64,000 nt of DNA from Vezdaea acicularis (lineage: Eukaryota). The stretch spans positions 62,001 to 126,000 of the forward strand of contig JAPEUI010000032.1 of NCBI GenBank assembly GCA_026025075.1. Direction: 5' to 3'. Below, piece after piece: positions 23,945-37,212 of this stretch. The notes under the pieces were generated by a model that was given only the letters and a program-made list of their open reading frames with translations, did no database searches and was not told the origin of the DNA. The translations under genes were made by a program, and so were the position numbers. Each line of letters begins with the position of its first letter. The stretch's first letter is position 1.

Positions 23945-24631
23945 ATGGCGTCTCCTCAACCGCCTCCGCCCCCTCCTCCGCACTGGGTCATAGATCTAAA
24001 TACCCCCGCGCCCTCAAAACCTTCCAAATCAAACATACCGGATCCACCAGGGTATACCTCCGCCGTGACTAGCAAAGTACGTCTTCCTATCCTACCGTCA
24101 ACGCTCCTACACACCACATTCCCAAGGTCTTCGAGACTAATGTGAATATTAGCGCGCCGCCTCGAAACAGCCCGCTGCGCGTGCCCTGCCTACCACCGAG
24201 GAAACCGACACTCTTAAGCTCAAAAAATCCTGGGAGGTTGCTCTCGCTCCGGCGAAGCAGCTTCCCATGAACGCGATCATGATGTATATGTCGGGCAATA
24301 CGCTACAGATATTCAGTGTAATGATGGTTTTCATGCTCTTTCAAAACCCTGTAAAGGCATTACTTGGGATTAACCAGGCATTTGCCAAATTCGAGACAGA
24401 TGGAACGAGGGGAAGGTTATTATTTGTCAAGGCAGTGTATGTTCTCATGCAGGGTGTGGCGTTGGGACTGGGTATTTGGAAGGTGAATGGGATGGGCTTG
24501 CTGCCGTGAGTTGTTCATTGCGTACAATGATGTTGAGAGTCACTAATGTTGTTCATAGGACTACGAGGTCGGATTGGTTAGCCTGGGAAACGGAGCGGCA
24601 GCCTCTTGAGAGGGCGTTCCCGGCGTTTTGA
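23945..24631 (+). CDS. EMC4: ER membrane protein complex subunit 4
   Basis: Exons 23945-24076, 24153-24505, 24559-24631. Motifs LKLKKSWEVALAPAKQLPMNAIMMYMSGNTLQIFS and KVNGMGLLPTTRSDWLAW. Confidence 0.95.
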
Positions 24632-24736
24632 TGGTCTGACGGCTGCACTGATCTGCTTTCGTGAGGAAAGGTCACCTAAAAAATAAGTTTACATGAGTAG
24701 TGTCATACATATGCCCACCCTGGAGCCTTCGCTACG

Positions 24737-27700
24737 TCACTCTGTTTGAGCCGTCCAACCAACCCATTCCCTCGGCATGACTCTCCATATCTTCACCTCT
24801 CCACTTCTCAAATCGCTCAGCTTAAAACTTTCCATCTTCACCTTCTTATTCTCACGGCCTTGCTCCCATGCACGAACCTTCTTCTTTGTGCCGTCCCAGT
24901 CTACGACAATGGCTACGTGGTCCGGCTTCCCAATATCGACAGCATACTTTGCGTGCATTGGACCACGGTGGCCTTGCAATTTTGCATTACGCATAGTGAT
25001 GATGTCACCAGCTCTGATCTCGTCGTTCAATTGAATTGATGCATTTGCCAAATTCGAGTAAACTACAGCGCCAAATGCTCGGGTGCCAACAGGCGGTAGA
25101 GCGCCTGAAAGGGGTTTCAGCAACTCGTGTACAAGCGTGAGGGGTTCGCCATCCCCCACTACGGTGTTCTGCTTCCCATTTACGGCATTGGATATTTGCT
25201 GCCCGAACTTTGAATGCGCATCCTCCAATTGATCTTGCCTTGGCCGTGCAGGAGGGGGCTCATGGCGCTGAGTAAGGATGGCATCCGCCACATCTTGTGG
25301 ATCAAATTGGACGGAGACTACCGTTTGAGAGTAATCTTGAAATAGAACGTAGACGTCCTTCGATGTCGTTGCCTTCCCTCCTCGCTTTGTAGAAGTAGAC
25401 TCTTCAATTTCGAAAATTATGTCCTTCCTGTTCTGAAAGATTGGAGGCGGCATGTTAGCTTGTGCCCACCACTGAGATCCTTGGCCAAGATCTACTTCTT
25501 GAGCAATGCTTTCATGATCTGTAGAACCTCGATTTTGGTCGATGGATCGTCTAGTGTAGGAAGCTGACTGAACGTCTAGTGATGAGCGCCCCTGCCCCCT
25601 TGTAGATGGTTGCCTTGTCGCCATCAGCGGCAATGGTGAGGTAACTGACAGGGGCTGAGTTGCCGTCCTCTCTTGATGCTGATGCGGTAGTTGCTGCGGG
25701 GGTAGAGATGGAGGTCGTCTGTGCTGAGGAGATGTAGCATACAGATCATCTTCCTCCTCCTCTTGTTCGTAGGTGCCAAGGGGGCTTCGAGTAACAGGCT
25801 CCACAGTAACCCCATGTCTAGGTACGGTATACTTGAAAGGATCGTATTCCTCACCCTCCTCTTCGACAGCTTCTCTAGATGGTGGTATTGGTGGCGGGGC
25901 CCTCGGAGAGTCCATCGAAGTTCGGCCGATCTTAGGAGGCTGATGTGGGGGCGGTGGCGGGCCGCCTCTAGGAACGCTCGGAGGCATAGTTGTCGCACTT
26001 GTTGGAGTTGATCGCACGGACATCTCATCTCCAGTAACATCATCTACACTTGAATCGCGAGCGTGTGATTTCAGGGCATCTTTATGAGTCGCGCCAGAGG
26101 CTATGTCCGTATCGTAGTCGCCTTCATATTCCGTCACTTCCTCGTCCTCCTCATCTCGCGCAGCATGTTTGGAAGATATCATGGCTCTACCATCGCCAGT
26201 TGACTGTCGACTAGGAGGGGCAGCGGTTGGTGGCGGCGGCGGCGGCGGTCTAGATTGCGTGCTCACAGGGATCATAGGGCTCGAGCCTGGGATTGGTGGG
26301 GCCTGACTCATGCGCTTGTTAGTGGGTGAAGTTGGGGTGGAGCCTCTAGCGCTAGCATCAGGCGCTCGTTGATCAGCTCTCTTTTGTGCAGATGCAGGTA
26401 CAGGCCTGTTCGGGATACTGGGGGCACTGCTTGCAGAGATAGGGAGTGGTGGATGCTGGTTGCCCTCGTTACTTGTAGCATTCAGCCCAGGATCCTCTGC
26501 ATGCTCAGGCATTTCGTCGTCTGACTCTGAGCCCGGACTCGGCGACGCCACAATATTCCTTGGAGGCAGTGGAAGGGGTCGGGCTAAGGCAGGCCATGTC
26601 AGCAAGGCATAAACCAAGGAGATCAATCCTTACTTTCATGTGATGGCAGTGGAGGGGGGGATCGTTGGTGCATGGAGGCAGGGGGCTCTGGGTCGGTGAT
26701 GGAATATGTTCGTGGCGCAGAGGCGTCTGGTTAAGGTTATTGGAAACCATCACTCGACCCTACCACAAAGGATTGCAGGGCATACCATGAGATACTTTAT
26801 AGATTTCTCTGCCATTCGAAAGGTCGCTCGTTCTGCTTTCGCCCACTGTAGATGCCTCTTCGTCACTATAAGGGGCAGCACCTCCGGGCTCAGTCGGTGC
26901 CACGAGCTGTCTATCTACAGCTTCTGGGTTCATCGTGGGGAGCACTCCCCCGATTGGTATGATAGGGATGGGGGGCGCATGAGCTGCAGGGGAATGCGGC
27001 TCCTCGTTCTGCTCAATATTTTCCTTTCTCGTCCCACTAGGCTTTTTATTCTTTGCTGCTCCAGGAGGCATACCGCCAGGAGGTCCAAACATCCCCATCA
27101 TGCCCATACCGCCACTCATTTTTGCCATGCGTTCTCGAATCTCCATTCTTCGCTTGACCTCGGGATCAATATCTTCTTCCTCGTCTTCTTCATCATCCAA
27201 TTCCTCCTCTTCGTCATCTCCTTGACCCACGGCAGGTTCCTTCTGTATGGTTTGTGCACGGGCAGGAGGGGGCGGCACTCGAACAGTCGGCTTCGTGTCA
27301 CTATCATCGCGTCCAGTCGACTCTTCTGGGTCTTCAGTGGTATCTCCTGCCGCTGATTGATCCGCATCATTGGCATCGCTTTGTAATTCCCTGATCGAAG
27401 CAGCTCGCTGAGTCATCTCTTTCGAAGACTTTCTCCTAACTGGTGTCGGCTTGAAAAGCTCCTCCGTCTCTTCTTGCGGGGTATCTGATGGATGCTTCCC
27501 AAGAGTCTCAGTACTATCTAGCTTCTCTAGGCCAGCTCCCTCGACATATTCGGGAGCTGCTCCAGCTTCATGGGATTCTGCACGTCTTTTTGGTGGTCGC
27601 TTCGGCTTATCTTTCTTTTGCGCTGCCTCCGCATGCCGTGCTGCTTGCTCAAGTTGTTGTTTCTGAAGAAGCGCAATCCTTTCTTTGAGACTTGTCGGCT

Positions 27701-28523
27701 TCGCTTGGTCTCCCTCATCAAGAACTCCAGGGATTGGTGCTGGAGCTATTCCTCTTTCTACGGACGTTGATTCATTTACAGCCGAAGCTGCAAGCCCAGG
27801 GTCTTCCTCTCGACGATATACTTTTTGAGGTGGTGGCTCACGCGGAATAGGTACGTAGGCATCTTTACTTGGAGGGGGAGCAACGAATGGTTTTTTTATA
27901 AACCCAGTCCCACCAGCCGAGCCAGCCCCACCAGGTTTAAACGGAGCGATCGGAGGCGCAGCAGGCTTGTTGAATGCGGCAATACGGTCCCTGAATGAGT
28001 TTCCACTTGGCTTCTCTGCGATTGGAGGATTGGGCTTAACAGCAACTGGTGTGGCGGATTTTGGTCCTGGTTTTTGTACACTTGAAGTGGGTGAAGGCGG
28101 AGGTTCTGGCTGCCCTAACGAGACGGGCCTTTTTGAAGTTGATGAAGTTGGGAGAGCTACATCGGCGGCTTTGACGCTTTTCGTGGAGGTTGGGGCGGGC
28201 TCTACCTTTGCGTCATTTGGGATATCTTCCGTATCATAACGCTCCTCCGGTTTCTCTGGTTGCGCCAACACTTCAGCTTCCTTCTTCGGACGAGATTCCC
28301 TTACAGGACGAGGCGGGGTTTCTGGCTCAAACTTCTCAACAAAGTTTCGGGGGAAGAGCCCTTCCTTGTTCGTTCCGGCTGAGTCCGTATATTTGCCATA
28401 ATACCAATCATCGTCCTCCTCCTCTGTGACAGTAAGTAACTGCCCACTAGGAAAGCTAAGGTCCTCGCCATGCGGAGACGAATATTCATAAATGGCTTTG
28501 ACTTTGAATGGTAGAGCAGCCAT
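24737..28523 (-). CDS. BBC1: SH3-domain myosin-tail-interacting actin patch protein Bbc1/Mti1
   Basis: Exons 28523-26786, 26726-26634, 26583-24737. N-terminal SH3 (VKAIYEYSSPHGEDLSF...GLFPRNFVE), motifs SFRDRIAAFNK and SLKERIALLQ, Pro-rich middle, conserved C-terminal domain (KDVYVLFQDYSQT...DLRSGEVKIWR). Confidence 0.9.
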
Positions 28524-30489
28524 TGCTAAACAGGACGCCGAGATGGACCGATACTCTAAGGGCTAATACCAGCTCTTGTAGTGCTTCCGAGGATGGCGTG
28601 TCAAGAAAGCCTCAAGACACAGCTTCTGGCGGAGTGGAGATATTCCAAGGTCTGTTATGGGAAATGTAATTAAATTCAAGAATGCTGGGTGTGTTCAAAG
28701 TGAGATAATGCCAGACTGTCTGTGACAGATCGTGGTACGTCAGCTGCAGTACATCATCCCATAAGCGTGCCTGCACTGTGTCTTCAGGTAGCTATACAGC
28801 AAATATACCTACGTATAACAGCCGAAGAATCCCACTCCGTCCCCCTAGAAGAACAATGAAGGTCTCGGAAGCTTTGAAATCGTGGATGTCCCGATTATGT
28901 GATTTTCGGCGAGGCATGGATTCGGCAACGTCTCAGAAATATCTAAGGCACTGCGGGATAAGATCAAGCGCCACGCGAGATCGTGAATGAACATGATCGA
29001 CACGTTCTTGCGTCCACTGACTTCAAAGGTATTTTCAGTGTGCGATCTTATATCAAGCACGCAAAAAGGTGTGAATAAATGACTTGGAGCACTATCTTAG
29101 TGCATCCATGCTCTTTGGTTATTCCTCACTCCACATATGGCAACGTTGTTCAAGCACCAGGTCAGAGCATGGATGCGCGACCCTCAGCCCATGGTCATTT
29201 GTTCTCTAAAATCATCACCAGATAACTTATAGTCTTGTGTTCAAAGAATTCCTGCCGTTTTTTTTTGGTCGTGAACTGTTCTACAACTATACCGACATAT
29301 TAATACATGAGCGCCCCAACCCTTCAACAAAGCCTGCAAAAAGAAGGTCCAAGATAACATCGGAAGCTTATACACAGCTTCATCGAGGAGAAGGCTTCTC
29401 TTGAAAATGCGAGTCGTCATATAAAGCTTCACACTGAAAGGAATGTAAATGGATCTAGAACGGCCCCAGCATATCGGACACCTCATAAACGACTTTCCTT
29501 CCTGTTCCAATCCTAACCCGAATAATCCTTCATCAGCTAATAAGCTACTTTCCAAGAGCGCTCTATAAGTTTCCATGAAACCCAAATTCAAAGAGCCGAT
29601 CCAGGAGCAGAATGTCTCCGATAGATGCGGCTACGCCCTTTGCCCTCAACTTACCCATGACAAGGTACGATAGGGTCGGACACGCTCTCAGTCACAAACG
29701 GATGGGATTTCAATGCGGGCCTAGTCTGTCTTGACCGCTCCTATTTAACCCAATGCAACCTCTTAGCCGTCCTGTATGCCTCCGGCTATCTGACGTACCT
29801 GCCCATGACTTCGAATCTGCCAAAGAAGGGTTGTTTCTACTTAGTGAGGGGGAAGTAGACTGCTCGAGACCCGAGCAAGCATGGAAGTGTCACAATTTGC
29901 AGGATATGCTAGAAGGGCTATGCATTGGCCAAAAGGCTGAGCTGCGTTCTGGGGTACGGAAGGCGAATTCTCGCGGTGGTCCAGGCAGATCGACACACTA
30001 CTTCGTGACATATTGGGCATGCCAGATTTTGAGATAGCATTGCGCCAGTGATCGAGGAATTCTTGAGTCTTTCAATGAATGTTCAAACACTCATTGTTAA
30101 GCATACCGGACAACAGGCTTCTCCCTGAAAGAATGTGGGCCACATATGCTGGTTAGCCGTGAATTGAAAAAGCGTCGTTTTCGTTCCATCGGTTACCAAA
30201 AAGAGATGTGCCTTATACTTATCATATCAATCTGTCTTACTTCCAGAAGGGGTGTCATGATATAGATTGCCATGGTTATCACAAGGCCTTCACGACAGCA
30301 ATTACAAGATCTGGCAATCAAGCCTAGCCCTTGCAAAAGGGGCTGGCGACACCTTGAGTTGAACCTGAGTTGCATTAATGCAATATAGCAGCCAGCAAAG
30401 TCCGTATATCCTCATTCTGTTTTAATGAGATCCAGCGACCTTAGGACACAAGCCTCCCTCAAAGCCCATGAGCTCATGGCCTTGTCTTA

Positions 30490-31133
30490 CTAATCTCTTC
30501 GAGGTGGGCGGTCACCAAAACGACGCGGGCGCTCAGTGACTTGTTGTTGTGCAACCGGAATGACGTTAACAGGAATAGAATCAAACTTTAGATGTCCAGA
30601 TCAGTATGTTCACTCCAACTTAGCACATACATGTAATAATATGGGCACTTACTCCGAGGCTTTTCAAAAGATCCTTTGTCTCACTATCCACGTCGAGCTG
30701 GCCACTGTCGGTTTGAGTGAAGTCAAGGGCAGATATATCCGGCACATATTGATCCTTCCTTTCTCTCTCTTCTTCTTGAAGTTTGAAAGAAATACCTCGG
30801 ACTGGGCCACGTTGGATGCGCTTCATGAGATGTGTAGTATATCCGGCAATCTTGTAATTTATCAGTACGATTCCTCAAGAATTGAAGTTCAATCCAAGGA
30901 ATTGACGAGCGTTCGCCGGCTGCATACCTTATTCCTTAGTCGCTTCGAAGCAATGATAGCTATTTCGTCACATATCCGCTTGTTGGTCTCGAAGTCTAGA
31001 GTAAGCTTTGGATAATATCGTTCGATAATGACCTTGGCGGACTTTTTGACCGTCTGTCCCAGGAGTTTAGTTTATATTCTGACGATTCTGGCTCTGAGGT
31101 TTCCAATTATACCTTTGTGCGAACGCGGCCCAT
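30490..31133 (-). CDS. RPS17: 40S ribosomal protein eS17
   Basis: Exons 31133-31113, 31053-30928, 30850-30653, 30585-30490. Reads [82 protein letters not shown]. Confidence 0.97.
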
Positions 31134-31456
31134 GATTGCGGCTGTATGATGATTCGAGGTTGATCGATGGGTTTACTAGCCAAGAGGAAATTGTTCAAAG
31201 TCTTCTTTTCGCTAAAGTTGTGTGGAGGGTAGGAGCCCGGTCAGGTCACGTGCATTCTCTGAAAATGCGATCAGTTTTACCGTTCCTGAGCCAATTAGAA
31301 ATTGGAATCACGTTTAGGGGGCTTGCCATGCATTTTGCGAACATACAAGAAGTAAAGGCATGCAGGCTCGTCTTGTGTAAGGATGCAAATCTACAATGCT
31401 ATGAAAAGGTGATTTCTTGTGAAACTCTTTAAACTAGCTAACACGCGAACGGGCCA

Positions 31457-32941
31457 CTACTCCGTAAGTTTCTTGAATTGAGAGATGAAGTCTGCCTGTT
31501 CATCTTCACTTAATGCAGTAGCTCGAGGTATAGTTTTATGGGCAAAGTTACCTAGCCCATAAGTATTCGCGGACGACGCGGCCGACGCGGACGGCCGAAA
31601 TTGAGACGAGAGCTTAACGTCCGGAATTGCATCATCAGGCTGCCTTTTCTCAACGGATGTTTCGTTCAAAATCATTGTCGAATCTTTCCTCAACTCGACG
31701 TCACGAGAGAGAGCTCTCTGAGTCTTAAGCATAATTCTGCCTTTCTCATCGACACTGGCAGCTCTAGGCTGAACCCAGACCTTGCCCCCGCCAACTAAGT
31801 CAGGGTCAAAGGTTCGGACAGCCGGAACTTCTTCGCTATCCGAATTTTGTCGGTACGAACGGTATTTATCACTGCTCCTGAAAGCGCCGGGTATTAAGTC
31901 ATTTGTTACAATACCACCCACCCCAAGTTTCGCGTGTGAAGTATTATTGAAGGACCCTCTGGAGGGGACCAAGACACGTGCCTCAACTGGTGGAGACCAT
32001 TCAGCCAGTGGTCCTAAAACAGGATGATTCAACAACCGGGCGTTGGTTCGGAGATAGGACAGGCCAACAGAAGGGTGGGTTGCCGATATTGCAGAACTGA
32101 GGTCTTGTCCATATCGATCATAAGCTATGGGAAGGTCTAGAAATGCATGGACAAGACTGCGTAGTTCGCTTTTGTCCTTGTCCGACCTCAAGGTCCGAAT
32201 GAAAGCCTCCAACTCAGAGTCAGAGGCGCTAATATTCTTTGGAGTTGTCCCCTGATCCATAGCATTTTGACGCTCAATCCTCTCTTTTCTTTTAATAAGA
32301 GTTTTCATAAGAAAATCTTGGAACTCAGCCTTGCGCTTACGAAGCTGTTTTCGTACATAGGCCTGGAAGTGTATCTCCGAGGTCGAATTCCCAACCATCC
32401 ACGCATCCCCTTTATATTTCCATCTTCTACGTCTCTTATTTTGCTCGATTGAAGGGCGAAGATCATGACGCTGTATAGATGTAGCGTCAATCATATCTGC
32501 AGCGTCATCAACAAGCGACTCGAATACACTTCGAGTTGGTGTGTTTGTTGAATCTTGATATTGGCTTTGTTCCTCATGTACCGACAGCGGGAGTTTCATC
32601 TCCTGAAACTTCCGAAGAGTCAAATGGTAGTACGCGGAAGAGTTGAACTCGGTAATATGATCAACGGTATCCAGCGCTTCGACCTGAATGAACGGAGTAT
32701 TCGTGTTCGTGGTCGTTTTCCGCGGAAGATTCCTCTTCAATCCCCAGTCTCCTCGATGTCGCGAGGATTGTGGAGTAGTAATTGCGGCATGTGTAGGATA
32801 ATAGGTGGTGGCAACGTCCGAGTAGAAGGGTGTTGGCTGCCATGCTTGTTCCGTGGCCGGGCGAGGGAGAGGAGGAGGGAGAGAGAACAACCGCGATGAC
32901 TTGAGCAAACTTGCGGTCGGTGACATGGTCTTCGCAGCCAT
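31457..32941 (-). CDS. MRP51: Mitochondrial small-subunit ribosomal protein bS1m/Mrp51-like
   Basis: Intronless ORF from ATG 32941. Motifs SLLKSSRLF, PTHAAITTPQSSRHRGDWGLKRNLP, KFQEMKLP, THPSVGLSY and AKLGVGGIV. Confidence 0.85.
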   Translation of the reverse strand: MAAKTMSPTASLLKSSRLFSLPPPLPRPATEQAWQPTPFYSDVATTYYPTHAAITTPQSSRHRGDWGLKRNLPRKTTTNTNTPFIQVEALDTVDHITEFNSSAYYHLTLRKFQEMKLPLSVHEEQSQYQDSTNTPTRSVFESLVDDAADMIDATSIQRHDLRPSIEQNKRRRRWKYKGDAWMVGNSTSEIHFQAYVRKQLRKRKAEFQDFLMKTLIKRKERIERQNAMDQGTTPKNISASDSELEAFIRTLRSDKDKSELRSLVHAFLDLPIAYDRYGQDLSSAISATHPSVGLSYLRTNARLLNHPVLGPLAEWSPPVEARVLVPSRGSFNNTSHAKLGVGGIVTNDLIPGAFRSSDKYRSYRQNSDSEEVPAVRTFDPDLVGGGKVWVQPRAASVDEKGRIMLKTQRALSRDVELRKDSTMILNETSVEKRQPDDAIPDVKLSSQFRPSASAASSANTYGLGNFAHKTIPRATALSEDEQADFISQFKKLTE

Positions 32942-33466
32942 ATCTGCGAAGTGTGTCACCGCGGTCTGTGGAGTTCACATACGTGTAGTTGGGGGTTGGT
33001 CTAAAGAGGAGAGAGTTGTAGAGCTTGCTGCACGAATTCTTTTCGGGGAGATGGCATTCACAGAATTTCCTCTAACTTATGCTTTGGTCGCTTGGCGTGC
33101 CGCGAGAAGCTAGGCTTAAAATAGGATGGCGCCAATCGTTGTCGTGCCAACGCTGACTTGCGCTTATCCCTAGTTCCGCTATGTTACGAAAGTCAGACAG
33201 CAGGCGAGACCGGTGGACTGACCACGGACCGAGTCCTCGTGGATAGCCTTTATTCTCCGAATCCTTCCATGCGCTCCATTGCGATTAGTCGTTACCTATT
33301 CCTCTTCCCTTTCTACATGCTTGGTAGGATATCACTTTAATCATATGGTCTCTGTGCGATCAAAGCTTTTCAATCAATAACATTCCTCGGGTCTCACACT
33401 TAAGGCAAAGCACATTCCTTAGGCCACGCACTGATTGCGCTGCACCCTCCCGGCGTCTGATCCATA

Positions 33467-36400
33467 ATGGATCGGCCGAGTACACCTTCTTCTCGGCCTC
33501 CACGCTACAATGCGCAACCTCCATCTTACAATGACGATCTCGAGGAAGATCATGCGACACCCATCGATATCAATAACAATGGCGCTACTATGCGTCTATT
33601 GACGACAGTGGACGATGTTGAACAGCATCCGTATGTTGCTCCGCTTTCTCTTCGTCAAGTTCATATCCGAAGACCGAGAATCACTGTTGTGGAGGAATCT
33701 TCACCTCCCTTGTCGAGCAAAGTGTCAAAGCCGTTCGTTGTATCCTCGGTTGAACACCGGGAACCACAAGCAGTACACTATCGACACGGGCCTGAAGATT
33801 CTTCCCATTTTTCCTATGAGACTCAATTGAAGGCTCATCAGTCTCCTACTAAAGCTCGAGTGGCACCTTTGAAAAGGAAATGCTTACAACCCTTTGATCC
33901 CTCTAGCAGCTTGCACAGTCCCCCAAAACCTTATAGCTCTTCGAACACCTCGTTGCCGCCATCCCGCACACCGTCGCGCTTAACTCAAAACGTTCCTTCA
34001 ATACCCACACCAAACGAGGACGTTCCACCGTACATGGCTTACTCTCCGGGGCGATCGTCTCCCACGCGATCATGGTCACCGTCCAGGGCTTCGTCCGAAT
34101 ATACCAGACCTCCTCCATCTAATATACCGTACGAACCAGCGGACATCAATGGCAGCCCGAGGCCAGGTACGCCCTCTTCACGGTATGGTGGGAGCCCAAG
34201 AAGGCCGCTCCCTCCGGCTCCTCTCTTCTCTGGCCCACAGCCCGCTACGAGAGATGCCGCACTGGGAGACGATGCGACTATACCTATAAATCTCGGCAAC
34301 GATGAGGATGATGTCTTTGCGCCCCGCTCCGAGGACCCTAGGCATAGCTTAAAGTCACACCAGTCTTTCCAGTCGGAGTCAACCTTTACGGAAGATATCG
34401 ACTCAAAGGAATATTACGAACACTATGGGCCTGCGCCAACAGGGGCACAGGAACGAAGAGGCGCCCGCAAGGCGCAGTTGGCTAAAAAGGAGGTAAAACT
34501 TATTAACGGCGAGCTCATCCTTGAGTGTAAGATTCCGACGATTCTGTACAGCTTTCTCCCGCGTCGAGATGAGGTCGAGTTCACCCATATGCGGTACACT
34601 GCTGTCACTTGCGACCCCGATGACTTTGTCAATAGGGGCTATAAGCTTCGGCAGAATATTGGTAGTACTCTGAGGGAGACAGAACTGTTCATTTGTGTTA
34701 CAATGTATAACGAAGATGAGATCGACTTTACGAGGACTATGCATGCCATCATGAGAAATATTACGCACTTCTGCTCCAGGTCTAAGTCTCGGACGTGGGG
34801 CAAAGACGGATGGCAGAAAATTGTGGTGTGCATTGTCTCGGATGGCCGCAGAAAGGTCCATCCTAGAACATTGGACGCCCTTGCAGCCATGGGCATTTAT
34901 CAGGATGGTATAGCCAAAAATCTGGTCAACCAACGAGAAGTTACTGCTCATGTTTATGAGTACACCACACAGGTTTCCCTTGACGCGGATCTAAAATTTA
35001 AAGGAGCAGAAAAGGGTATTGTTCCTTGCCAAATGATTTTTTGTCTTAAAGAGAAGAATCAGAAGAAACTCAACTCGCACAGATGGTTTTTTAACGCCTT
35101 TGGGAGAGCCTTAAGTCCTAATGTCTGCATACTGTTGGATGTTGGCACGAAACCAGGATCGCATTCTCTCTATCATCTTTGGAAAGCCTTTGACACGGAT
35201 TCAAATGTTGCGGGTGCTTGCGGAGAAATCAAAGCGGGCAAGGGCAAAGGATGGTTGGGATTGCTGAATCCCCTGGTTGCTTCCCAAAACTTTGAGTATA
35301 AGATGTCCAACATTCTTGATAAGCCTTTGGAATCAGTCTTTGGTTATATCACGGTGTTACCAGGAGCTCTCAGTGCTTACAGATATCACGCTCTACAGAA
35401 TGATCACACAGGTCACGGTCCTTTGAGCCAATACTTCAAGGGAGAGACACTTGCTGGCCAGGACGCGGACGTATTTACGGCAAACATGTATCTCGCTGAA
35501 GACCGTATCCTCTGTTGGGAGCTTGTAGCGAAGAGATCCGAGAGATGGATCTTGAAATATGTGAAGAGCGCAACTGGAGAGACGGATGTACCAGGTTTGT
35601 CTCTGGTCTAAACTTCAGGTGCTGATCGTATACTGACCTCTTGATAGATGCTGTTCCCGAATTTGTCTCCCAAAGACGTAGATGGCTCAACGGTGCCTTT
35701 TTCGCTGCGGTATACTCCCTGATCCACTTCCGACAAGTCTGGCAAACAGACCATTCCATCACAAGAAAGGTTCTATTACATATCGAGTTCGTGTATCAGT
35801 TTGTCAGCCTCCTCTTCACCTACTTCTCCCTTGTAAGTGTCGCCAGTTCTTGCTGGATCAGAATTCCACCTAATTTCTGCAGGCCAACTTCTACCTAACC
35901 TTCTACTTCATCGCCGGCTCCCTCTCTGACCCCAAAATCGACCCTTTCGGCCATAATATAGGGCTTTACCTCTTCGTCATTCTCCGCTTCGCCTGTGTCC
36001 TTCTCATCTGCACACAATTTATCCTATCCATGGGCAACCGGCCGCAAGGCGCAAAGCGCATGTTCATGTCCTCCATGATAGTCTACTCTGTCATCATGGC
36101 TTACACAACCTTCGCAACAATCTATATTATCGTGCGCCAACTACGCGACAAGCACGCCCAGTTCACGATAGGCAATAACGTCTACACGAACCTCATCCTC
36201 TCCACCGCCTCGACGATAGGTCTTTACTTCCTCATGTCCTTCCTCTACCTAGATCCATGGCACATGTTCACATCTTCCGCACAATACTTCGCCTTACTCC
36301 CGAGTTACATTTGCACGCTTCAAGTATATGCTTTCTGTAACACGCACGACGTCACCTGGGGAACCAAGGGCGACAACGTGATCCATACCGATCTCGGTGC

Positions 36401-36893
36401 AGCCATCTCAGGGAAGGGGAATACTGTCGAGCTCGAGATGCCTTCGGAGCAGCTCGACATCGATTCCGGCTACGACGAGGCCCTACGAAACCTACGCGAT
36501 CGCCTTGAAGTCGTCCAGACCCCCGTGTCGGAAGCGCAGCAGCAAGAAGATTACTACAGGGCAGTGCGGACGTACATGGTTGTTATATGGATGGTGGCAA
36601 ACGGCATCGTCGCGATGAGCGTCAGTGAAGCGTATAGCTCGAAGGACGTCTCAAACAACTTCTACTTGAAGTTCATCTTGTGGAGCGTGGCTGGTGTGGC
36701 GATTTTCAGAGCTATAGGCTCCAGCGCATTCGGCATCATCAATGTGATACACATGGTAGCAGAAGGCCGGATGCGGTTGAGGAAGCCGGAGTGGATGAAG
36801 AGGAACAAGGTTGGCTCCGTGGGGACAGTTGGAAGCAGGTGGAGCAGTAAGCTCAGTAGTTTGGGAAGCGGGAGTAGTATCGGAAAGGCTTAA
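33467..36893 (+). CDS. Chitin synthase, division 1, most likely class II
   Basis: Exons 33467-35594, 35648-35832, 35883-36893, with a possible optional intron at 33631-33906. Motifs [28 protein letters not shown] and [31 protein letters not shown] and [20 protein letters not shown] are, to my knowledge, typical of class II. Confidence 0.93.
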
Positions 36894-37212
36894 GTATTGG
36901 TGGTAGGGCTTCTAATATACGGTTCTAGGGTGGACGGTACCTTTGGTGAATCTGGAGTGGTTAACTCGGGCAAGCTGTGGATGGACACGCTTCTATACAA
37001 CACGTTTTGCGACGTTAGGATACCTCTGCATGAGCTTCTTTTGAAGATAGAGAAGAAATTGCGTACGATTGAGTTTGATGTTAGGAAGAAATTCAAGTGT
37101 GATTATGAAGCTACCCAAATCACAAACAATAAAGTGCGTCAATGCCCTCGAAGGCTCGCTAGAAACGCCGTCGCAATGCAGCCATCAAACGCAAAAAAGC
37201 TCATTGAGATTT

